DNA from: a virus
Reading direction: 5' to 3' (one strand)
DNA length: 64,000 bases
IMG/VR virus record: IMGVR_UViG_3300043395_001970
Coordinates: 17,810 to 81,809 of that record
Of the stretch, positions 39,501 through 50,000 are shown one piece after another. The notes below the pieces were generated by a model. That model was not told the DNA's origin, did not search any database, and saw only the letters and a program-made list of their open reading frames with translations. The translations under genes and the position numbers were made by a program. Every line of letters starts with the position of its first letter. Position 1 is the stretch's first letter.

Positions 39501-41970
39501 ATGTAATCACACCATTATCAGTATTTCCAGTTAATGCTAATAGGCCCGATGTACCACCACTACCGCTTGTGCCAGACGTTCCACCACTTCCGCTTGTGCC
39601 AGACGTACCACCACTTCCGCTTGTGCCAGACGTACCACCAGAACCACTAGAACCACCACTGCCAGAAGTACCTCTGGTGCCAGATGAACCAGCAGAACCA
39701 GATGAGCCTGATGTGCCACCACTACCTGCGCTTCCAGATGAACCACCACTACCTGATGTACCGCTTGAACCACCGCTACCAGATGTGCCTGTTGTTCCTG
39801 ATGTGCCACCACTACCTGCGCTTCCAGATGAACCACCACTTCCCGCAGAACCAGATGTTCCTGATGTACCACCACTACCTGCGCTACCAGATGAACCTCC
39901 ACTACCAGATGTACCTGTTGTGCCAGATGTACCGCCAGAACCAGAAGTTCCACCATCACCTGTTCTTACAAAATCAATAACTAATTGTGCGTTATTTGAA
40001 GGAAGTGTACCACTTACATAAGAAACAGGAATTTTAAAATAGCCTGATGCATTTGTTACTGCACCATTAACTAAAAATATGTTATTAACAGTACCATTAT
40101 CTCTTGAAGATAATACTACATACCCCCTTGCTGAAGATGTTGTACTATCATCCCATGTATTATACCATGCTAATTGATTATTACCATTTTGGTCTAAAAT
40201 ATCAATGTATATGAATGTTACCGAACCAATCGTAGCATTGTTATAAGCAACTTTACCATTACCAGGATCGGCATCAGTTGTTGATGTATTAAAATCAAAT
40301 TTTATACCACCACTCTGTCCGCTTGTACCACCACTACCAGCAGTTCCAGCTGAGCCAGAAGTTCCAGATGTGCCTGCGGATCCTGATGTACCAGTTGTTC
40401 CTGATGAGCCAGCTGAACCAGTTGTACCAGCTGAACCGGTTGAGCCGCTTGTACCACTTGTGCCAGATGTACCTCCTGTACCAGCAGATGCTGAAGTTCC
40501 AGAAGAACCTGATGTTCCTGATGAGCCTCCGCTTCCGCTTGTACCACTTGAGCCGCTTGTACCACTTGTGCCAGATGTACCAGCTGTACCGCCCGTTCCA
40601 CCAGCTCCACTTAATCCTGATGAACCTCCGGACCCGCTAGTACCACTACTTCCCGATGAGCCGCTTGTGCCAGATGTACCACCACTTCCAGATGTACCAG
40701 CCGAGCCACCAGCCCCACTAATACCTCCACTACCCGATGTACCACTTGAGCCACCACTACCAGGACTACCAGCTGTTCCTGAAGAACCATTCGAGCCAGA
40801 AGTTCCTGATGTACCACTTATACCGCTTGAGCCAGTAGTTCCTGACGAACCTGTTGTGCCAGAAGTTCCCGATGAGCCAGTTGTACCAGCCGAACCCGTA
40901 GTACCAGCTGAACCAGTAGTTCCTGATGAGCCTCCACTACCTGACGTACCGCTTGAACCGCTTGTGCCAGATGTTCCACCACTACCCGAAGAGCCATTTG
41001 TACCACTTGTGCCAGATGTTCCACCACTTCCGCTTGAACCACTTGAGCCTCCACTACCTGACGTACCGCTTGAACCGCTTGAGCCAGAAGTTCCCGATGT
41101 GCCCCCACTACCCGAAGTACCTGCTGAGCCAGTTGAACCAGACGTACCACTACTACCGCTTGAGCCGCTTGTGCCAGAAGTTCCTGATGTACCTCCTGAA
41201 CCGCTTGTGCCAGACGTACCACCACTACCGCTAGAGCCGCTTGAACCCCCACTACCAGAACTACCAGATGAGCCACCACTTCCAGATGTTCCCGAAGTAC
41301 CAGATGTTCCCGAAGTTGCTGCCGCAAATCTTCTACCTACTCTACCTGTTGTTAAGTTTACAACCAAAACTTCGTTTGTTGTATTATCAGTAGGTATAGT
41401 ATCGCCAGTAACTCCTATTGAACCACTTACTGAAAGTGAACCTGTAATTTCTTGTCTATCAGTTACAGAATCACCAAATTTATTAGAACCTGTTGCATAT
41501 ATTACAGACGATGATATAAATGTTGTATGTAATTCGGTAGATGTAATTTTACCAGCTACAGTAATATCACCTTTAAAAATTCCACTTCCTGTAACAACTA
41601 AAAAATTATCAATTGTAACACCAGTGTTTACAATTAATCCTTTATTTGGGGATACATTTGCTATTGCAGAACCAGACTTAATCTGATTTAAATCTCCGAT
41701 TGATGATGCATTAATATTTGTTAATCCACTACCATCTCCAATAAATAATGATGATGATACTGAGCCACTTACTCTTACGTTTGCATTTATTTGAATAGAA
41801 TTTGTTGGAGAACCAATCAAAGATGTTTGGATACCAGAAGCAGTAAAATTACCAACTACTTTTACCGATGCGGATGAAAAGTCAGCTATTCTACTTCCAC
41901 TTACATATAACGCAATTAAGCTTGAGCTTAATTGATTTAAACCATTAGGGTTACCACCTAAATACTCCAT
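33580..41970 (-). CDS. long tail fibre (2796 aa) with Gly-X-Y stalk, modular distal part and C-terminal S74 intramolecular chaperone
   Basis: SDRRLKDNV...GFIAQEV...coiled-coil S74 signature; G-(S/T)-(S/T/G/A) triplets; repeated YD.N...YY.DP linkers. Confidence 0.88.
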   Translation of the reverse strand: MEYLGGNPNGLNQLSSSLIALYVSGSRIADFSSASVKVVGNFTASGIQTSLIGSPTNSIQINANVRVSGSVSSSLFIGDGSGLTNINASSIGDLNQIKSGSAIANVSPNKGLIVNTGVTIDNFLVVTGSGIFKGDITVAGKITSTELHTTFISSSVIYATGSNKFGDSVTDRQEITGSLSVSGSIGVTGDTIPTDNTTNEVLVVNLTTGRVGRRFAAATSGTSGTSGTSGSGGSSGSSGSGGSSGSSGSGGTSGTSGSGGTSGTSGTSGSSGSSGTSGSTGSAGTSGSGGTSGTSGSSGSSGTSGSGGSSGSSGSGGTSGTSGTNGSSGSGGTSGTSGSSGTSGSGGSSGTTGSAGTTGSAGTTGSSGTSGTTGSSGTTGSSGISGTSGTSGSNGSSGTAGSPGSGGSSGTSGSGGISGAGGSAGTSGSGGTSGTSGSSGSSGTSGSGGSSGLSGAGGTGGTAGTSGTSGTSGSSGTSGSGGSSGTSGSSGTSASAGTGGTSGTSGTSGSTGSAGTTGSAGSSGTTGTSGSAGTSGTSGSAGTAGSGGTSGQSGGIKFDFNTSTTDADPGNGKVAYNNATIGSVTFIYIDILDQNGNNQLAWYNTWDDSTTSSARGYVVLSSRDNGTVNNIFLVNGAVTNASGYFKIPVSYVSGTLPSNNAQLVIDFVRTGDGGTSGSGGTSGTTGTSGSGGSSGSAGSGGTSGTSGSAGSGGSSGSAGSGGTSGTTGTSGSGGSSGTSGSGGSSGSAGSGGTSGSSGSAGSSGTRGTSGSGGSSGSGGTSGTSGSGGTSGTSGSGGTSGTSGSGGTSGLLALTGNTDNGVITLNGTAPNGTVEQNLTFDGTLLTVTGNATITGNLTVSGTTTTINTETILLADNIITLNSNFTSGAPSENAGIEVRRGSSANVSFYWDESTDRWYADNTLQVNGNVILSGTIDTGQGATEVYLMDQNLRTTDTVIYANVRAANFYDANGTYNVNLGSGGSEGRGMVAGYSGGWYGGIGYNVRHTATSGQLIAPLTDTATYLNFNQGFTFYNDQTTTAGRTIGWTQIGRLDSAGTFTIPGNLVSAQVNTGQGLTEVHLMNQNIRTSDSVTFAGLVINGLADFNNTGAPFMRWDNTSASNYLLLGMYDDQGSQRAWFGLGGRTQSFGSYAAYATDGLSLNLDGAGAMNISNRGSSKRINLNTGTEGNSNFTTLRMLNQDVYVTPDSQNGAFYTPILYDVASTSYFLDPNAGGSLYNRSSRLYGSHTFSDNYTEFKGVVSTPDNWPACNENARIYTIGTINSYGGYDSSIVIEVIGSHRGYTQTSYVEYKKWIVYIGDRISSNLILSAGSNNNVGLWNGSNANGLLGINGDHVSTGWVLRLIVNPNCGAGLSYNVKISYSNLNMTHGPFTYSNHSSYSVTIPRAAFHLDNTTANITGNITGTAGSETLATVTSRGNVATGDIYIPGGNYFRARYDGSNNYHGSLSWYGLQLGNNGGNYIVAGRTNTGGSLYIYTNNTSDFTSINGGLAAFFSSDQRMGIATTDFSYTATDNASVISTITNNRVFINGSLQLLGNQDAIVFGRGAASFMRDEEIGFGWGGGWYMVDGTYLRVRGSKVLYNDNYIRSDNSFRLNSERSIWANYGSWSSYMTRLAYVSFDWNASYDSYQFHGIASTDLNGTFTDSISINSFNDIILRVDANDNNNNSYVRFMDNTAGNNQFAYIGRESGDPILYFGGRVYGTIYYDANDSGYYIDPNSTSMTALRMRGGALFGPNNTWGAYLLVGGDGRNGYIDSAFASVATTNGNLHLDAGSGYGLYLNYYDGNVIYFGGGSNNAWGEFSSGIFYAYNQMRSPIFYDYNNTAYYVDPTSLSNIVALQSGYFYVNGTAYDTSNADQWPYIYWLRAGTWDEGLIKHSTSRGYWGREGFGIHMSSSKSFSILTSGWTGVAQFHPDGHLWVRDQMRAGIYYDANDTTYYVNPNGDSRFSGIYLSGISTTSNGLYFYGVVGDNPGSYNHTALIERIWRNGDESELLIFKGNDPDTSTIHDRIRIAATGRIVFDSTGTYGNVNDYISAAGTGNIEGDGYFYGPEFHVPGQIYTPILYDRNNSAFFVDPNGRSRLSTIDYGNSGFYFGAGDWGWRHYTPSGWIQFGPANTGHAHIYTDRSNFYFNVNEMYANGYRLAMYNFWVGNMYLGSGGDFYATIFYDTNNSGYYCDPASTNRLNFVNANNIYINPGYMLYSDPGGWTGEYYKIQWHSSHLYLQAYANGYHIMRYGSDGLESHQFARDGNYWNRYMGWMSNYINQNVRTDASPTFNDIYSNAWFRNNNSGQGLYNNNRGMHWYSNNGYWKAAGGGYGYGGIVFYNNYESDLRGYAGYWDGSGFGMLNNSGNWQIRIEYGNAHMELYRITYMNDARAYIYYDRDDTGYYMNPNSRSQWLGLENRGKGNISLTGRSNWRRPQDYTGDVYYWTGNMGWGTTDFNWVMDWGSGDIDTWSNPANQPPGTSHWVGVQSYHYTWSYNAGYGWQLVGGPVDRLWFRNSWPNNSGWKAMVDSNNRGEYCIPTYDYNHYSRVYFTYNRGYYATQTDSAMLQPYSTGNNGAFMSFHKGGYYALNLGLDGDNVVRWGGWSSRWQRYYLNDDTIGTPYVVRANFDNYGGGGMWVSDDGDLADVNDGYLSLRASYGLRIFSGNRGGGANINLRYDGVIIASNNIIAYGSPSDRRLKDNVKFYENALDKVLKLRGVEFDWKEGTDEYETTNLRHDIGFIAQEVEDVEPLLVRPDDAGYLAIRDRAMPALLVNAMKEQQTQIEELKAKIKILEEKLGLNK
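39545..41311 (-). repeat. Gly-X-Y (X,Y mostly S/T/G/A) protein-level repeat in two blocks separated by a ~115-aa globular insert (~39960..40310)
   Basis: Gly every third residue; codons diversified. Confidence 0.9.
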
Positions 41971-41982
41971 TCATTACAACTT

Positions 41983-42315
41983 TTAAGTTATCTCCAATAC
42001 TGAAACAATTACATCCGCAGAACTAGCTAATGATGATGTTACTGAAAGAAAATCTCCAGCTTCCAAAACTAATTTTTGTTCACCACCAACTAATACATTA
42101 GAACTACCGGGTAAAATTAAAGAATCTTTTACAACATATACAGTTTTATTTGCTGAATTATCTCTAACCATTACACTAACTGAAATATTTTGTGAATTTA
42201 CATTTGCCACACCAACACCAATTACAGTTGTTGATGTATTAGCAGGAGTTTCATAAACTTTAGCTCCTATTGTTCCAATTGAACCCGTTATACTATTTTT
42301 AAATGCGTTTGCCAT
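41983..42315 (-). CDS. small virion structural protein (paralogue of the termini of 54669..55601)
   Basis: VYxTP...KLVLExG..DxxxSxLE motif shared with 54669..55601. Confidence 0.65.
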   Translation of the reverse strand: MANAFKNSITGSIGTIGAKVYETPANTSTTVIGVGVANVNSQNISVSVMVRDNSANKTVYVVKDSLILPGSSNVLVGGEQKLVLEAGDFLSVTSSLASSADVIVSVLEIT

Positions 42316-42326
42316 TTTATTTTATT

Positions 42327-42608
42327 TTATCCTAATGCTATTGCAAATGCAATTGCAGAATCTAAAACATTCACCCCATCTACTAAATATCCACCAGCCG
42401 TTAAATTCATTGAACCTGTCAATTTTATTGACCCACTTACAGATAAACTATTATTTACTTGTAAATTATCAAAAGATGCTTGTTGTACATCAATTGTACC
42501 TTTAAATGAACCAGTAACTGAACCAGTAAAAGAACCACTCAAATTCGCATATGCGTTATTTTTATCTTGAATGATTGAACCTGAAAATATGGGGTTGTGA
42601 ATTACCAT
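42327..42608 (-). CDS. small structural protein with SGSFTGS repeats
   Basis: Shares SGSFTGS with the giant fibre; C-terminal AIAFAIALG. Confidence 0.55.
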   Translation of the reverse strand: MVIHNPIFSGSIIQDKNNAYANLSGSFTGSVTGSFKGTIDVQQASFDNLQVNNSLSVSGSIKLTGSMNLTAGGYLVDGVNVLDSAIAFAIALG

Positions 42609-42649
42609 TATTTATTAAATCTTTATGTATAAATATAGTACAACCTTAA

Positions 42650-43093
42650 TTAAGGTTTTACAGGCCAAACTATACTAAACGGATTGCTTTGTGTTGTAAC
42701 ATCTCTTAATTCTTGTCTATATGATTGCCAAGCCGTTTTAATTTCGGTTGCAATATCATTTAATTGTGTCCAATCGCATTCTTGAAGTAATTCATTTCTA
42801 ATTTGTCTAATTTCTTCCCACTTAATTTGTATTCTTGAATTTATTTCAGATTCACTTGCATTTGTTTGTTCCCAGTTTTGATAATAAACACCCTCTACTA
42901 ATATTGGTGTTCCTTCCGATATATTTTTTGTGTAATCATTTGGTTTTGGTGTCTGTCTTACTTCATATATATTAAATTCATTCATCACCAATTCAGTCAT
43001 TTCCGATGGAAAGCTTGCTCTTGGATTATCTTCTTTTAATTTTTCTAAAGAGTAAGGATATGTTGTTTCATTATTTACTATTCTTAAATACAT
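42650..43093 (-). CDS. tail fibre assembly chaperone-like protein
   Basis: RNELLxECDWTQLxD...WxxYRQELRD...WPxKP. Confidence 0.75.
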   Translation of the reverse strand: MYLRIVNNETTYPYSLEKLKEDNPRASFPSEMTELVMNEFNIYEVRQTPKPNDYTKNISEGTPILVEGVYYQNWEQTNASESEINSRIQIKWEEIRQIRNELLQECDWTQLNDIATEIKTAWQSYRQELRDVTTQSNPFSIVWPVKP

Positions 43094-43095
43094 AA

Positions 43096-43998
43096 TTACT
43101 TAAAGTTTAATGGTATTGATGCAAAGTTGGATAACCCCGTACAATTGTTAAAACAATCAGTTCCAGATGGTGTAGGTACTCTATTCCATAATTGGGGAGC
43201 TGTACCACTTAATGCATTTGATGTACTACTCATATTATAACAGTTATTAAAAATTGTTACGGATGTATTAAAAGTAAATTGTAATACATTTGTTAATACT
43301 AAGCAATTTCTAAATGTACCAGAAAAGTTAGTTACTATTGTATTAAGGTCAAATAAAGTTGAAGGAACTGATGTTAATGCCGTACAACCAAAAAAACAGG
43401 ATGCAAAAGTTGTTGCTCCAGTATTATTATTAAATAAACCAGATGGTGCTGTTGATATCGTTGGTATTGATGAAAATGTATCAGTAAATGTTGTTGCGTA
43501 TAATGAATATGAAAATATATCCGAAGGTATTGAAGTTATACGAGTACCTCTCATAAAACTTGCATAACTACGAACTTCATTCAACCCACCATATCCACCA
43601 ACTGCGCTAAGTGATGCGCTAGATGGTATAGAAGTTAGATTTACACATCCATAAAAATTTAATGCTCTTAATCCAACCTGTCCAAATTGAACAATTCCGG
43701 TTACTAAATTTCTAATTGATGATAAGTTATTAACTGTAAAGCCGGGCATAAACCCTGAAATTGTTATTGTATATGTTCCTGGTGAAACATATGTATGAAT
43801 TCTATTAATAGAACTTGATGATGTTATTAATCCAGAATTTCCCGTACTATCTCCCCAATCAATTACAACTTGCGGAGTTAATCCACCAAAATCTGATAAT
43901 GGAGTAGTCCATACAGTATTTGCTGATGTTGTTGTTATTTGAATTTTAAATGGAAATTGTTCTTCTCCACTTGGTATTAGTTTTCTTGCTATACTCAT
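43096..43998 (-). CDS. PKD-like plus BspA-type leucine-rich-repeat protein (putative adhesin / receptor-binding protein)
   Basis: IDWGD...HTY..PGTYTITISG followed by F..C..LTSxP..LF repeats. Confidence 0.7.
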   Translation of the reverse strand: MSIARKLIPSGEEQFPFKIQITTTSANTVWTTPLSDFGGLTPQVVIDWGDSTGNSGLITSSSSINRIHTYVSPGTYTITISGFMPGFTVNNLSSIRNLVTGIVQFGQVGLRALNFYGCVNLTSIPSSASLSAVGGYGGLNEVRSYASFMRGTRITSIPSDIFSYSLYATTFTDTFSSIPTISTAPSGLFNNNTGATTFASCFFGCTALTSVPSTLFDLNTIVTNFSGTFRNCLVLTNVLQFTFNTSVTIFNNCYNMSSTSNALSGTAPQLWNRVPTPSGTDCFNNCTGLSNFASIPLNFK

Positions 43999-44009
43999 AA
44001 CTCTAATTA

Positions 44010-47000
44010 TTAACTAAGATTTTTTCCTACTACAAATCCATAATATGTTGTACCACCATTGAATGTAAAGAATGTTAATACATCAGTTCCAGTAGATGTT
44101 AATACAGGTGCTACTCCACCAACCCAATCAACGGAAACAGGCCATGTGATAACATATGCTCCAGCATTTATTGTTGTAATTGTAAATCCAAATGCGTTAG
44201 AAGCAGGAGGGTTACTGAAAGTTATTGTTGCAGAACCATTAAATTGTCTTCTAAAATTGTTTGCTGTTGATAAATCAAATGTTGCACTTCCCCCTGTACC
44301 TAAATCTGAATATGTTTCTCTAAATGTTGTTGCAGATACAAATGTACTTGCTGCTACCGATGTTGTTACTATCACATTACCAGTAACACTCAATGTATTT
44401 CCATCAAAAGTTAAATTATTTTCAGCTCTTACATTTGGAGATGAACCTTCTAATGTTAATACACCATTATCTAAAGTACCACTTATTGATGCAAATGCAG
44501 AAGTACCATTACTACCACTTATACCAGAACTACCTGTGGTTCCCGATGTAACCCCCAATGCTGACGTTCCAGATGTACCGCTTACACCACCACTACCAGA
44601 AGTTCCTGATGTTATGCCAGGTGTTGATGTACCTGATGAACCAGATGTGCCGCTGAATCCATCCGTACCAGATGTACCAGATGAGAATCCAGGTGCTGAT
44701 GTTCCAGAAGTACCTGACGTACCAGCATCACCCTGCGTACCTTGTGCTCCGGAAGTTCCAGACGAGCCATTAGTTCCAAAGAATGTACCATTTAATCCCG
44801 AAGAACCAGAAGAACCCGTTGTGCCAGAAGTTCCACTTGAACCTGCTGTTCCTGTTGAGCCAGATGTTCCTGATGAGCCATCGGTTCCTGTTGTGCCAGA
44901 AGTTCCATTAGTTCCAAAGAATGTACCATTTAAACCAGAGCTTCCAGAAGTGCCGCTTGTACCATCAGTACCACTTAATCCTGAAGAGCCGCTTGTACCA
45001 TCCGTTCCGCTAGTGCCAGAAGTTCCATTAGTTCCAAAGAATGTACCATTCAGTCCCGAAGAGCCGCTTGTACCAGTTGTACCCGATGTTCCATTTTGGC
45101 CATCAAGTCCGGATGTACCTGCCGTACCATTAGTTCCAGATGAGCCGCTTGTACCACTACTTCCAAAGAATGTACCATTTAATCCTGAAGAACCAGATGA
45201 ACCGCTACTTCCTCCCGTACCATCAGTACCATCTACACCACTTGTGCCATTTTGTCCGCTTGAACCAGATGAACCGGAACTTCCTGATGAGCCGAAGAAT
45301 GTACCATTTAATCCCGAAGACCCAGACGAACCAGAAGAACCAGATGAACCTGATGTTCCATCTACACCACTTGTGCCACCCGTACCAGAACTGCCTGAAC
45401 TTCCAGATGAACCAAAATAAGTTCCATCCAAACCAGATGTTCCACCACTTCCGCTTGTGCCATCAGTACCGGATACTCCACTTGAGCCGCTTGTACCATC
45501 TGAACCAGAGCTTCCGCTTGAGCCAGACGAACCACTACTTCCAAAGAATGTACCATTTAAACCTGATGTACCTCCACTACCAGATGTACCATCCGTGCCA
45601 GAGCTACCAGAGCTTCCTGCGCTACCTGTTGAGCCAGACGAACCACTACTTCCAGAAGAACCACTACTTCCAAAGAATGTACCGTTTAATCCCGAAGAAC
45701 CAGAACTACCTGATGATCCTGATGAGCCAGATGTTCCACCACTTCCACTACTACCATCTGTGCCACTACTACCATTTGTGCCGCTACTTCCGCTTGTGCC
45801 GCTTGTACCTTCTGAACCTGTTGTACCAGAAGAACCCGTAGTACCACTTGTGCCATTTGTGCCGCTTGATCCTGAAGAACCACTACTACCGCTTGAGCCA
45901 TCTATTCCGCTTGAGCCAGCCGTTCCACTACTACCACTTGAGCCAGTTGTACCAGATGTGCCATCAGTTCCCGTAGACCCAGATGAACCACTACTACCAT
46001 CAGTGCCGCTTGTACCATCCACTCCGCTTGTGCCAGATGAACCTGAAGTTCCTGTTGTACCGCTTGTGCCACTTGAGCCTGCTGAACCAGTTGAGCCAGC
46101 TGAACCACTACTTCCATCAGTACCGCTTGAGCCAGAACTTCCTGATGTGCCAGAACTTCCTGACGTGCCGGTTGTACCGCTTGAGCCACTTGAACCTGCT
46201 GAACCAGATGAGCCTGCTGAACCACTACTTCCAGATGATCCCGAAGAGCCATCCGAACCTGATGTTCCAGAACTTCCCGATGTGCCGCTTGAACCACTAC
46301 TACCGCTTGTGCCAGATGTGCCAGAAGTTCCTGATGTACCATCAACTCCACTTGAGCCAGCCGTTCCACTACTACCGCTAGTTCCCGATGAGCCAGTTGT
46401 ACCGCTAGAACCTGTTGAACCACTTGAGCCGCTTGTTCCAGAACTTCCTGATGTGCCACTTGTGCCGCTTGAACCAGAAGTTCCTGAGGTGCCTGATGAG
46501 CCAGTCGTACCACTAGAACCAGATGAGCCACTACTTCCTGAAGTACCATCTTCACCACTTGTGCCGCTTGAACCACTTGTGCCAGAAGTTCCTGCAGAGC
46601 CAGTTGTTCCCGATGAACCACTACTACCGCTTGTGCCAGATGTGCCAGAAGTTCCTGATGTACCACCTGAGCCGCTTGTACCTGATGTACCTGCTTCTCC
46701 ACTACTACCGCTTGTGCCAGAAGTTCCCGATGTACCATCCGAGCCAGATGTGCCAGACGTACCTCCGGTTCCTGTTGAGCCAGATGTGCCAGACGTTCCC
46801 GAAGTACCTCCCGTACCTGCCGTTGCCGATGTACCGGATGTTCCAGACGAGCCAGACGTTCCCGATGAGCCACCTGTACCAGTAGAGCCAGAGGTTCCCG
46901 ATGTGCCGCTTGTTCCTCCACTACCAGAAGTACCACCACTACCTGATGTTGCTGATGTTCCACTTGAGCCAGACGAACCAGCCGTACCAGATGTGCCAGA

Positions 47001-50000
47001 AGTTCCTGATGTACCGCTAGTGCCAGATGAGCCGCTTGTACCTCCACTTCCACTTGAGCCAGAAGTTCCCGAAGAACCCGTTGTTCCTGATGAGCCGCTT
47101 GAGCCAGATGAGCCTGATGTTCCGCTTGTGCCAGAAGTTCCCGATGTGCCAGAAGTTCCCGATGTGCCGCTTGAGCCAGTTGTTCCGCTTGAGCCGGATG
47201 AACCGCTTGAGCCGCTTGTGCCAGACGTTCCGCTAGTTCCACTACTTCCCGAAGAGCCACTTGAACCTGTTGTGCCAGAAGTTCCGCTGCTTCCAGATGA
47301 ACCACTACTACCACTTGAGCCGCTTGAGCCAGAACTTCCCGATGAACCGCTTGTGCCAGAAGAACCAGCAGTTCCACTACTACCACTTGAGCCGCTTGAA
47401 CCAGAAGTTCCTGATGTACCGCTTGAGCCAGAAGAACCATCTTGTCCGGATGTGCCACTTGAACCACTACTTCCAGATGAACCTGAGCTACCAGATGTTC
47501 CTGATGAGCCGCTTGAACCATCTTGTCCAGATGTACCACCTGTACCAGAAGAACCTACCGCTGCTGCTACGTTTCTATATGCTAATCTTTTTGTTATCGG
47601 GTCCCAAATTACCACCTCATTTGAAGAACCAGATGGTAAACTTTGGAATGCTATACTACTACTGAAAAATACACTTCCACTCACGCCCAAACTTCCACTA
47701 ATTGTAAGTGATGCGTTTATTGTCTGGTTTGTGTTAATGTTTAAGAATGATGATGTATCGGATGACGGAGTATTTAATGCAAATAATGCGTAAGATGCAG
47801 TTCTTGCAAAACTTATACTATCCATTCCCAATGGACCATCTACACCAGTTGATAAAATATAAGATGCTGTTTGTGATGATTGTGCATTTCCACCATTTAT
47901 TGTTACCAATACACCATCAGAACCAGATTGTACTACATCAACACCACTACCACTAAAGTTAATTTTAGCAACCTGTGAACGTACTAATGAACTTGTTTGA
48001 TAAATGTACAAATCAGTTCCACCACCCTGTCCAGCATTTAATGCGTAAGATGCAGTTAATGCGTAAGAAGAACTTACTGCACTAAACACAGCCATTGAAG
48101 ATGTTTGATTATTTCTTACATATTCATTTGCATTTGCCAATGATGCTGATAAAGCTGAAAGTGATGCGGAATCAAATCCTACAACAGCATCTGCTATATC
48201 AGCTCTTATTGCATGTGATGCTGAAAGAACAGTTCCAAATACTCTATTACCTTCAATCGTACCACTAATTAATGAACCACCACTACCAATTACAACATGT
48301 CCAGAAGTTAATCCAGCAAATTTAATTTGTATTGTATTTTCATCAATTGAAATAATTTGACCAGGAATAATTTGGTCTTCAGAACCTGTAGCGTATACTT
48401 GTACCATTGGATATAAAATTTCCAAATTATGTACAATTGTTAAGTCACTTACATTACTAAATGCTACAGTTTCAGTTAATGATGTTTCAGGTTGTGGGAT
48501 GAAATATCCTTGTGTATCGTTATATCTTAATATATTGTATTCCGCAGATGCAGTTGCTCCTACACCTTGGAAGTTATATGTACCTAAGAATGAACCAGTA
48601 AATAAAGGTGAGAATATAGTTGAACTACCTGTAATTACATTTGCTCTTAACTTACCATCAACATATGAATCACCCCAAACAAATGAAGATGTATTAACTA
48701 CAAATCCTTTATCAGGTGAAATTGATGCTGTTACACTACCACTTTTTAATATAAACGTTTCAAATGATAAGTTAGCAATGTTAATATTTGTTAATCCACT
48801 ACCATCACCATAATATACTGAACCAGAGGTTGCTATTATGTTTCCACCTGTTACAAAAAGAGAACCCGTAACACTTAGGTTACCAGATACAAATGTTCTT
48901 GTTCCAATTTGTAATCCTTTATTTGGAGAAATTACAGCCTGAACGGAACCTGATTGGATTCTATCAATTTTAAGGTCGTCTAACGCTTCAGGTGGGATGT
49001 TAAATAATCCACTACCATCACCATCATAACGAGCTGCGGTAATAGGAACATTTACACTTAATTTATTTGGGTCAATGATAGCAACACCAGAACCAGAATT
49101 AATCTTAAATAACTCTAAGTTTTGAATAGCTTCAGGTGGGATATTAAATAATCCACCACCATCTCCAATATACAATGATGCAGTTAATGCACCACTAATA
49201 GCCATAGATGCTGTAATCTCTGCTTTGAATGAACCAGAAGATGGCGCTGTTATTACTTGGAATCTATCCCCTGTTGCTACCGATGCAGTTGCACTACCAC
49301 TAGCAATCAAAGGAGATGCTGCCGCAACTACATTTGTTAATTGAGAACCATCTCCAACAAACGCAAATGCTTTAACACTTCCACTCACATCCACCGAACC
49401 AGTAATTCTAGTTCCAATTTGAGAACCTGTTGCTGATGTTGTTACTACAAAATTATTACCGCTTGCTACCGATGCTGTTGCTGAACCACTAGCGATAAAT
49501 GGTGCTGCTGCCGCTTGTACGTTAGTAATGTAAGAACCATCACCTACAAAGAATTGTGCTTTTACACTTCCACTTACATCAATAGAACCAGTAAATCGTG
49601 CACCATATTGAACATTCAATCCACTTCCAGTAGCTCCTGTTGTTACAATAAATGTATCACCACTTTGAACAGATGCTGTTGCACTACCACTAGCAATTAA
49701 TGGAGCTGCTGCCGCTTGTACGTTAGTAATATATCTACCATCACCATAAAGGAATTCAGTTGCTCTTATACTTCCACTAACTTCAATAGAACCAGTGAAT
49801 TGTGAACCGACTTGTGATTGTGTGAATGGAGTAACAACTTTAAAACCTTCATCAGGATTTACTGATGCTGTTACTGAACCAGATTTGATTTCAGTTGATA
49901 TTAACGCATCTTCGGTTAATGCTGATTTTGGAATACGTCTTAAATAAGTACCTTCAGCGTATATAAATGAACCAGAATCAATAAATAAACCACCACTTAC

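Noticed and set aside
33580-43998. Diversity-generating retroelement or shufflon acting on the fibre or adhesin
   Set aside because: No reverse transcriptase, invertase, TR/VR pair or inverted cassettes are seen in the window.
44500-47555. Ice-nucleation protein or CRISPR/DNA tandem repeat
   Set aside because: There is no AGYGSTxT octapeptide periodicity and no identical DNA repeats with unique spacers; the repeat is a degenerate coding triplet.
39374-47793. Long Pro/Val/Glu-rich plus-strand ORFs and alternative-frame minus-strand ORFs
   Set aside because: They are shadows of the Gly-X-Y repeats (GGN read as NCC/CCN on the other strand) and have no independent expression signals.
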